Part shown: one piece after another, positions 57,254 through 64,000 of the stretch
Position numbering within the stretch: position 1 is the stretch's first letter
Layout: each line of letters starts with the position of its first letter
IMG/VR virus record: IMGVR_UViG_2974673715_000001
Coordinates: 96,001-160,000 of that record
Source of the DNA: a virus
Taxonomy: Duplodnaviria; Caudoviricetes
Length of the DNA: 64,000 nucleotides
Strand: one strand, 5' to 3'
Position numbers and translations under genes: made by a program
Notes under the pieces: model-generated
Database searches by the model: none
Seen by the model: the letters and a program-made list of their open reading frames with translations, nothing else
Told to the model about the DNA's origin: nothing

Positions 57254-58400
57254 TGCTTTTCTAATAGAAGCACAGAGATCGTTTGCTGCTAAAGCAGCGG
57301 AAAAATTAAATCTTAAACATGTAGGTTACGGTAAATACGCAGACCCATCTGGGAATGTGACTCACATGTCTAAGGATGGTAAGCTTGTAAAAATTACAGC
57401 AAAAGATGCAGCGAGGACACAACAGAATGGAGGAGAAGAAACGGAAGGTGGCGAAGGTCAGGTCGATCAAGGCGCAATATCTATTACATTTGGAAGATTT
57501 AATCCACCGACTATTGGGCACGAGAAACTTCTTAAGAAAGTAGCACAAGAAGCAAAGTCTGGTGGAGGAGAGTATAGAATATATCCTTCAAGAACTGAAG
57601 ATCCTAAGAAGAATCCTCTTGATTCTGGAACTAAGATCAGGTTTATGAGACAAGCATATCCAGACCATGCAAATGCGATCATTGATAATGAGGACATGAG
57701 AACTATCTTTGATGTTCTTACTGCTCTTGACAATGATGGGTATAGTTCAGTTAATATTGTAGTGGGTGGTGATAGAGTAAGTGAATTTAATTCATTAGCA
57801 ACGAAGTATAACGGTGACTTATATACATTTGATGAGATTAAAGTAACATCAGCAGGAGGTAGAGACCCTGACTCTGAAGGTGTAGAGGGTATGTCAGCAT
57901 CTAAGATGAGAAAGGCAGCGATGGAAGGTGATCAAGATTCTTTCAATAAAGGTATACCTAAAGCGATGTCTAAGAAAGATAAAGAAGCGATGTATCTAAC
58001 ACTCAGACAATCAATGAATGTGCAGGAATCATTTGATGACTTCGCTGAAGCATCATATCATCTTTATGAGATCGCTCCTAAGTTAGATCCTCAAGGTTTA
58101 AGGGAAGCATACTATGATACTGGAATGTTTGAAGTAGGTACGTTTGTTGAAAATATCAACACAGGTATTGCAGGTAAGGTTGTTAGTCGTGGTAGTAACT
58201 ACATCATTTACATTGATGAGCATGATAATATCTTCCGCTCATGGTTGAAAGACCTTGTTGAGACTAAGAATTCTGTTTATGGATTCGAGTTTACACCTGC
58301 AGGTGAGATAGGAACCAACGAATTAGCTGCATATTATCGTAGAATGACGCCTGGCGAGTTCCTAAAGAAGATAAATAAAAAAGTAAAGGTTACTAAGTAA
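57240..58400 (+). CDS. HIGH-family cytidylyl/nucleotidyltransferase
   Basis: TFGRFNPPTIGH, VVGGDR and MSASKMR motifs. Confidence 0.85.
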   Translation: MKKFNAFLIEAQRSFAAKAAEKLNLKHVGYGKYADPSGNVTHMSKDGKLVKITAKDAARTQQNGGEETEGGEGQVDQGAISITFGRFNPPTIGHEKLLKKVAQEAKSGGGEYRIYPSRTEDPKKNPLDSGTKIRFMRQAYPDHANAIIDNEDMRTIFDVLTALDNDGYSSVNIVVGGDRVSEFNSLATKYNGDLYTFDEIKVTSAGGRDPDSEGVEGMSASKMRKAAMEGDQDSFNKGIPKAMSKKDKEAMYLTLRQSMNVQESFDDFAEASYHLYEIAPKLDPQGLREAYYDTGMFEVGTFVENINTGIAGKVVSRGSNYIIYIDEHDNIFRSWLKDLVETKNSVYGFEFTPAGEIGTNELAAYYRRMTPGEFLKKINKKVKVTK

Positions 58401-58401
58401 G

Positions 58402-59025
58402 ATGGATTTAAAGAACTTACCTGACATGAGTGCTGCATACCAAGAGGTGCAGGAAAAAGCAAAGAAACTAGATCCCGTTGGAAAAGAAGACGGTGATGTA
58501 GATAATGACGGTGATAAAGATTCATCTGATAAGTATCTTATGAAGCGTCGTAAGGCAATTGCCAAAGCAATGAAGAACGAACATCATCAAAAAGATGAGA
58601 ATGGTAAAGTCATCGAGCATGATGTTGAAGAGGAAGAAGTAAAAGAAGCATACACAGTAACGAATGCTGATAAGAAGGGTAATACACCTGCGTATCAAAA
58701 CTTCAAGAAAGGTATGAAGGGTAAAGATGGTAAACCTTTATACAAAGCAGCAGATCACATGAAAGAGAATCAAGAGATTCATCCTGATGACAACGTTTTA
58801 TCACCAGAAGAACTAGAGAAAGTAGCAGAACTCTCTAGACAGTGGGATGCTAAGATGGAAGAAGGTTATGGTATGATGAAAGGATATTCTAAAGGTGGAG
58901 AGGTAAAGGCACCAAGAATGCAGAAAGGTGCTATGGCATATGATGGTCCTAACAAGGCAGCAAGTGAAGCAAAGGATAGAATCCTTGCTAAAACTAAGGC
59001 AAAACGCGAAGCAATGAAAAAGTAA
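58402..59025 (+). CDS. Charged hypothetical protein, candidate internal head protein
   Basis: DPVGKEDGDVDNDGDKDSSDKYL..RRKAI module; late promoter upstream. Confidence 0.7.
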   Translation: MDLKNLPDMSAAYQEVQEKAKKLDPVGKEDGDVDNDGDKDSSDKYLMKRRKAIAKAMKNEHHQKDENGKVIEHDVEEEEVKEAYTVTNADKKGNTPAYQNFKKGMKGKDGKPLYKAADHMKENQEIHPDDNVLSPEELEKVAELSRQWDAKMEEGYGMMKGYSKGGEVKAPRMQKGAMAYDGPNKAASEAKDRILAKTKAKREAMKK

Positions 59026-60014
59026 TGTTATCTTTCAAACACCTATCTGAAAAGAAAACTAAAATTAAACTAAATCCTAAGAAGGAGGATGTCATGGAGG
59101 GAGATAAAACTCTCAACCATGGCGAAGATTGCGGGTGCATGAAATGCGACAAAAAACGTCGCAAGGATGAACTTGGCGATGAAAAATCAGTATCTACCGA
59201 ACAAAAAATTTATGACAGTAACGAAGAAGTCTCAGAAGAAAGCACAGAAAGCAATGCTCAAAGCGATAACTCTGAAACGAACTTGTTAACCTTCAATCAA
59301 TTTCATGAAGGATCATCTTATGGATTATATAAAGGATCAGGTAAACCATCAGGTCCTATGGCTGCCTTTGCCAAACCAACTAAACCTAACCCTAAAGCAA
59401 AAAAACAGAGAGTGAAGAATGTAGGTGTAGGTGAAGAGACTAAGTATGAAGTCATGAGTAAAGAAAAGTATAAGAATACTCATAAAGACTTCAAGGGTGG
59501 CACTAAGAAAGAACCTAGGGTATCAGTTTACGATCCCGAAAAGAAAGCAACAGTATCAAGATTGGTTAAATTCTCTGAAGCAAAGTATGAGAGAGGTGCG
59601 TCAAACTATGGTAAGATGTCTATCAGAAATAAAAGAGCAGTAGGTTACGGTGGTAACGCTGCACCTCCAGAGGAGAGAAGGAAGGCACATGATGAGAGAA
59701 TGAAGAAGCATAAAGCATCTCAAATGAAAGAAGAAAAGCATAGAGATGCTGCACTTGATGCTGTAAAGAAATCAATCATTGCCCAGTATGGTAAAGGTGC
59801 TATCATGAGAAAGGGTAGCAATCAACAGAAGAAAGTCAGAGGTGCTAAGTCTACTGCAGGAACTGGTAAGTATAAGAAGATGGCAGATCAGAAAAAGCAA
59901 ACTGCTGCAGACGCTAAGAAGCGTGGGTTTAAGTCTGTTCAGAACTACACTGATACTATGGCACGTTATGGTGGTAAAGATAATTACGACAAGGGTAGAG
60001 GATTAGGGTCATGA
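59025..60014 (+). CDS. Lys-rich modular protein, candidate internal head protein
   Basis: MLSFKHLSE N-terminus; internal LTFNQFHE and VKFSE segments. Confidence 0.7.
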   Translation: MLSFKHLSEKKTKIKLNPKKEDVMEGDKTLNHGEDCGCMKCDKKRRKDELGDEKSVSTEQKIYDSNEEVSEESTESNAQSDNSETNLLTFNQFHEGSSYGLYKGSGKPSGPMAAFAKPTKPNPKAKKQRVKNVGVGEETKYEVMSKEKYKNTHKDFKGGTKKEPRVSVYDPEKKATVSRLVKFSEAKYERGASNYGKMSIRNKRAVGYGGNAAPPEERRKAHDERMKKHKASQMKEEKHRDAALDAVKKSIIAQYGKGAIMRKGSNQQKKVRGAKSTAGTGKYKKMADQKKQTAADAKKRGFKSVQNYTDTMARYGGKDNYDKGRGLGS

Positions 60015-60334
60015 GCACACCTCTTGACCTATCTCATTGTCCCGATGGTCAGTATTATTGCTTTGATGATAGAAAATGCAAACCAATACCCAAAGGTATG
60101 TCAGTAGGAAAGAATGGTATGTTGGTCAAAGAAACGACAGAGTTAAAGAACGAAATAATTGCGAAGGCACAGAAAAAACATACTATGGCAAAGTCAAAAA
60201 AATTCAAGGATGTCATGGCAAAAGGAAAAGAAGCAAAAGATAAGTTATATAAGACTACTAGAGAAAAAGGCGTACGTTTCTATGACAAGAAAGGTTCTGG
60301 TTACATGAAGGACGGTAAGAAAAAATACGATTGA
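60011..60334 (+). CDS. Lys-rich hypothetical protein
   Basis: CPDGQYYC...CKPIP module plus a basic tail. Confidence 0.7.
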   Translation: MSTPLDLSHCPDGQYYCFDDRKCKPIPKGMSVGKNGMLVKETTELKNEIIAKAQKKHTMAKSKKFKDVMAKGKEAKDKLYKTTREKGVRFYDKKGSGYMKDGKKKYD

Positions 60335-60368
60335 TAGCCTATATACTGTGTAATTACATATTAAGATC

Positions 60369-60566
60369 ATGATTGGTAATTTTTTAATGCCACTGGCATA
60401 CAAGGTAATCGATTCTGCTGTCAAAAAAATCCCTGATGATGCAGAACTCGGAGAGAAACTAATCGATATTTGTTTATTGATTATTGGCAAGGCAGTGAAA
60501 CTCACTAAGACGACCGCTGACGACGCTCTATTTGAAAAAGTAAAGGAAGCACTTGCTGCTAAATAA
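60369..60566 (+). CDS. Small amphipathic hypothetical protein
   Basis: KIPDDAELGEKL...TKTTADD; followed by a terminator. Confidence 0.7.
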   Translation: MIGNFLMPLAYKVIDSAVKKIPDDAELGEKLIDICLLIIGKAVKLTKTTADDALFEKVKEALAAK

Positions 60567-60586
60567 GTAGCGTTTGCGACCCTTTT

Positions 60587-60613
60587 AGAGGGGTCTCAGA
60601 GACCCCTTTTTTT
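60587..60613 (+). terminator. Intrinsic terminator fused to a late promoter
   Basis: AGGGGTCT-CAG-AGACCCCT with a T-tract running into TATAAATA. Confidence 0.8.
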
Positions 60614-60655
60614 ATAAATAACTACAGGAAAAAACAGAATTTTAGGAGCATAACC

Positions 60656-61228
60656 ATGGCACTTTACGGTGTAACTGATGCAGACGAATCTAAGCCAAAG
60701 TGGGCTGTGAGAGGGAGCGGTGTAGACCCCCAAAATATTTTTGCAACCGCTGATGGTTGGGTTCTTCGTCATTACAAGAATGCCGCGAAGACAAAGTTTT
60801 GGGATGAAATTTTAGTCTCAGTTGATGGTCTTGTAGGTGCAGGTTCTCGTGGAACCAATACCTTGGGTGGTGCAGATATTACTGCAGTATTCTTTGAAGA
60901 GACAGGTTATGCAGGTGGAGCAACAGGTTCTGTTGTTGTCATCTATAACGAACAGGTTGACGTCACAAACGGTGCAACTTTAGTCGTTAGAAATACTACT
61001 GACAGTGCCAACATCACTGCAACTGCTGCAGCACAAACAGGTGTAAACCGTGTTGAGTTTACATTCACTGCTGCTGCAACTGGTAAAGCACATGCTATCC
61101 AAGCACAAACAATCTCTGGAACAATCGTTGACTCCACTGGTGGTGCAGCATCCGATAAGGTATTTGTTTCTGGTGATGTAGTTGGTGCAGGTGGAAGTGG
61201 TTCTACCGCAACATTTACTGCAAGTTAA
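60656..61228 (+). CDS. Probable virion structural protein
   Basis: Late promoter and AGGAG SD; beta-rich C-terminal domain. Confidence 0.65.
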   Translation: MALYGVTDADESKPKWAVRGSGVDPQNIFATADGWVLRHYKNAAKTKFWDEILVSVDGLVGAGSRGTNTLGGADITAVFFEETGYAGGATGSVVVIYNEQVDVTNGATLVVRNTTDSANITATAAAQTGVNRVEFTFTAAATGKAHAIQAQTISGTIVDSTGGAASDKVFVSGDVVGAGGSGSTATFTAS

Positions 61229-61235
61229 CTAACAT

Positions 61236-61598
61236 ATGAAATTTGACGAACTAAATGAGGATACATTCCTCATGTTCGCCATTAAGCATTATGAAAATCC
61301 TCACTGTGTGACTAGAGAGGATTTTGATGAAGATTTAAAACGCTTCAAGTATCTTAAAAGACTCTTGAAGCGTTATGTGAGAAGAGGTCCGTTAAGGATT
61401 CATCTCGTCATCAATCATATAATCATCTTATATAATGTTTTTGGTGAAGCAGCAACTCCTCTTCTCTTCTTTAAATTAGAAAGAGAATATTGGAGTTTAA
61501 TAAAGACTCTACTGATCTATTTGAATAAATATCCAGTAGGGATGCTTCCAGACTTGGAAACAGACCCCGATTTAGAAGAAGAACTTAAACAGGTATAG
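61236..61598 (+). CDS. Conserved T4-like hypothetical protein
   Basis: FAIKHYENP, EDLKRFKYLKRL and NHIIILYNVFG motifs. Confidence 0.8.
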   Translation: MKFDELNEDTFLMFAIKHYENPHCVTREDFDEDLKRFKYLKRLLKRYVRRGPLRIHLVINHIIILYNVFGEAATPLLFFKLEREYWSLIKTLLIYLNKYPVGMLPDLETDPDLEEELKQV

Positions 61599-61601
61599 GC
61601 T

Positions 61602-62300
61602 ATGATGACAGCAGGAACAGGCGGATTTAGTGGTAGCGCAGCTGCCAAAGGTCCTGTTGCGGGTTTTGATCCTGTCATGAAGATGAGAGGTAAACTTAAA
61701 AAAATTAAGGCACAAAAATCTAGTTGCTGTGAAGAAACAGATAGAGTAAACCCTCAAGGTCCTTCTAGATTATTCCAATACAAAATTAACGTACCTGAGG
61801 TTGGTGAAACAATCGTGTTTGCTAATAGTCCTGCTGAACTCAGGATGAAATTAAGGATGGCAATCATGCCTAAGTATAGGTCTGGTATTAATATTGAAAG
61901 AATCATGCCTGGTGGTGCTGCTAAATTCTTCATGGACAAGAGAATGAAGCACATGAAGAATGTGAAGGAAGAGTCTGAACTAAAGAAAGCAAATATAAAC
62001 TATAAGACTACTAAGAGCGGTGGTAAGACAACTCATCATGTCAATAAGAATGACGAGGCAGATGCACAAGCAGCGATGAAAAATGATCCAAAATACATTC
62101 TTGGTAAGACTAGAGTAAAACCTGTTAAAGAATCTGCAGGTGATCAGCAGATGAAGAATCAAATGAATCAGCAAAAGATTCAGAACATGAAGAAGAAAGT
62201 CATGTTAAAAAAGCAAGAATTACAAAAACAATTACAACTAAAAACACAACAACTTAAAAAACAAGCAAGGACTGGAGTAGAACAAGACGCAACAAGGTAA
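61602..62300 (+). CDS. Basic modular hypothetical protein
   Basis: GPVAGFDP N-terminus; VKEE/VKE linkers; Gln/Lys-rich tail. Confidence 0.65.
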   Translation: MMTAGTGGFSGSAAAKGPVAGFDPVMKMRGKLKKIKAQKSSCCEETDRVNPQGPSRLFQYKINVPEVGETIVFANSPAELRMKLRMAIMPKYRSGINIERIMPGGAAKFFMDKRMKHMKNVKEESELKKANINYKTTKSGGKTTHHVNKNDEADAQAAMKNDPKYILGKTRVKPVKESAGDQQMKNQMNQQKIQNMKKKVMLKKQELQKQLQLKTQQLKKQARTGVEQDATR

Positions 62301-62689
62301 TGTCTGACCTTAACACCGCTATAATAGAGAGACTCGAAAAAGTAGTTGATTCATTGCAGGAGAATTCTGTAAAAATGGGTCAACTTCTTGCTGTGCATAA
62401 TGAGAAGTTAGATAAACAAGACAAGATCGATCAAGTTTTGTTTGAAAAGGTTGATAGATTGCATGCAGATATTAATAGAGAGACAGAACAGATAAAGAAA
62501 GGTTGTGAAAGAGACATCCGTAAGATAGATGATCGTCTAAGGTTGATGGAAAAGAAAATGTGGACTATATTTGGAGCAGTTTCAATCGTAACGTTCCTTG
62601 TTTCAGCACCAGGACAGGCAGTTTTGAAGCAGTTGACAAACAATCAAAATACTAGTATGATAACGACAGAGATTATTAGGTCTACTTGA
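62300..62689 (+). CDS. Coiled-coil protein with C-terminal TM
   Basis: LLAVHNEKL coiled coil; WTIFGAVSIVTFLV. Confidence 0.7.
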   Translation: MSDLNTAIIERLEKVVDSLQENSVKMGQLLAVHNEKLDKQDKIDQVLFEKVDRLHADINRETEQIKKGCERDIRKIDDRLRLMEKKMWTIFGAVSIVTFLVSAPGQAVLKQLTNNQNTSMITTEIIRST

Positions 62690-63672
62690 TTGACAATTTT
62701 TATGCAAACCTACTCTCTGCTCGTCTTGACAGATTTAAGCAGGTCAAGAACGGGACGTACAACTTTAGGTGTCCCTATTGCGGTGACTCCCAAAAACGTA
62801 AGAATAAAGCACGAGGTTACTTCTTCACTAAGAAGAGTGGTCTCGTTTTTAAGTGCCATAACTGCGGTGTAGGCAGATCGTTTGGTAACTTTCTAAAGGA
62901 ACAAGCGAATGACCTTCATGATGAATACATCATGGAGAGATACAAAGCAGGTCTTACTGGTAAAGGTACGAATGTAGCAGATCCTGAGTTTAATTATCAA
63001 AAACCAATATTCAAAAAGAAGGGAGAACTACAAAGTATTTCAGAGCTAAATACTTCGCACTCAGCATTAGCATACTTAACCAAACGTGGTATACCGAGGA
63101 AACATTTCTCGAATTTATACTATGTCGATGAGTTTTGCACATGGGTTAACACACAGAAACCGACCTTCCGAAATGTCACAAAAGATCACCCAAGGATTAT
63201 TATTCCTTTTGTTGATGAAAATGGAGAATGGTTTGGATTTCAAGGGAGGTCTCTGAATCCCAACGATAAACTTAGGTATATAACTATCATGTTGGATGAA
63301 GATCGAATCAAGGTTTATGGTCTTGATCGTGTCAACTTCAACAAGACCGTGTATATTACTGAAGGTCCTTTCGATAGTCTTTTTATCGACAATGCAATTG
63401 CTATGGCAGGTGCTGATGTTGATTGGAAACTAATAGATGGAAAAGAGGCAGTCTTTGTTTACGATAATGAAAAACGTAGTAAGGAAATTGTTAACCGTAT
63501 TGAAAAAGCAATTGATAAAGGATATGAAGTAGTAATCTGGCCTAGTAGTCTGCAAGAGAAAGATCTAAATGACATGTTCTCTTCTGGACACGACGTGCAA
63601 TCTATGGTAGAATTTAATACTTACCAAGGATTAGAAGCAAAAATTAAATTAACCGAATGGAAAAAGGTATGA
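62686..63672 (+). CDS. g61: DNA primase gp61
   Basis: CPYCGDS..CHNC Zn finger, FQGRSL, TEGPFDS and KDLND motifs. Confidence 0.96.
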   Translation: MIDNFYANLLSARLDRFKQVKNGTYNFRCPYCGDSQKRKNKARGYFFTKKSGLVFKCHNCGVGRSFGNFLKEQANDLHDEYIMERYKAGLTGKGTNVADPEFNYQKPIFKKKGELQSISELNTSHSALAYLTKRGIPRKHFSNLYYVDEFCTWVNTQKPTFRNVTKDHPRIIIPFVDENGEWFGFQGRSLNPNDKLRYITIMLDEDRIKVYGLDRVNFNKTVYITEGPFDSLFIDNAIAMAGADVDWKLIDGKEAVFVYDNEKRSKEIVNRIEKAIDKGYEVVIWPSSLQEKDLNDMFSSGHDVQSMVEFNTYQGLEAKIKLTEWKKV

Positions 63673-64000
63673 TTAGTCCAAGGACACCCAAACCAATCAA
63701 CGTCACAAAAAGAGAAGGAGAGAAGACACCCTTAGACCTTAATAAGGTTCATAAGATGGTAGAACTTGCCTGTGAAGGTCTTGCAGGGGTCTCTGAATCT
63801 GCTGTAGAGATTAACAGTGGTCTTCAATTTTTTGACGGAATTAAGACAGCAGACATTCAAGAAATTCTTATTCGTTCAGCGAATGATCTGATCTCTCTTG
63901 ATCATCCTAACTATCAGTATGTTGCTGCAAGATTGCTGCTGTTCGGTCTTAGAAAGGCAGTATATAACGGTCACCCTGATGGTCATCCTCCTTTACTTGA
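63669..64000 (+). CDS. nrdA: Ribonucleotide reductase alpha subunit (3'-truncated)
   Basis: ATP cone: VTKREG...GIKTADIQEILIRSA...NYQYVAARL. Confidence 0.92.
   Translation, partial: MISPRTPKPINVTKREGEKTPLDLNKVHKMVELACEGLAGVSESAVEINSGLQFFDGIKTADIQEILIRSANDLISLDHPNYQYVAARLLLFGLRKAVYNGHPDGHPPLL

Noticed and set aside
1-64000. Alternative genetic code, integrase or transposon
   Set aside because: Core genes are intact under the standard code, and no recombinase or transposase motifs or terminal repeats were seen.

Overview
A 64-kb segment of an AT-rich T4-like cyanomyovirus. The host is probably Prochlorococcus, inferred from ptox, pcyA, a pho-box-controlled pstS and low GC. Gene order: the 3' part of a giant fibre gene; g13-g16; an accessory island between g16 and g17 (Lys-rich modular proteins, 2OG-Fe oxygenase, PTOX, minus-strand tRNA-CAT, thermonuclease, PcyA); g17-g23; a structured ncRNA; g3, uvsY, uvsW, g55, g47, g46; a vWA-peptidase/CobS-like AAA+ pair; g45, g44, dam, g62, regA; a convergent 7-gene membrane/exported-protein cluster; hsp20, pstS, g43, uvsX, g41, mazG; a nuclease-like / ligase-like / nucleotidyltransferase trio; more Lys-rich proteins; g61 and the start of nrdA. 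The most notable unexplained items are: (1) the convergent envelope-protein cluster, which contains a 166-nt dual-coding overlap with its own RBS; (2) a KxDG ligase-like gene coupled to a HIGH-family nucleotidyltransferase with a T4-like capsid-targeting N-terminus; (3) Lys-rich polyproteins punctuated by prohead-protease-like xxE sites; (4) a ROSE-like thermometer before hsp20; (5) an antisense tRNA bracketed by opposing early and late promoters; (6) promoters built into terminator hairpins, and a palindromic bidirectional promoter at g55. All family assignments come from motif recognition and synteny; no database search was run.
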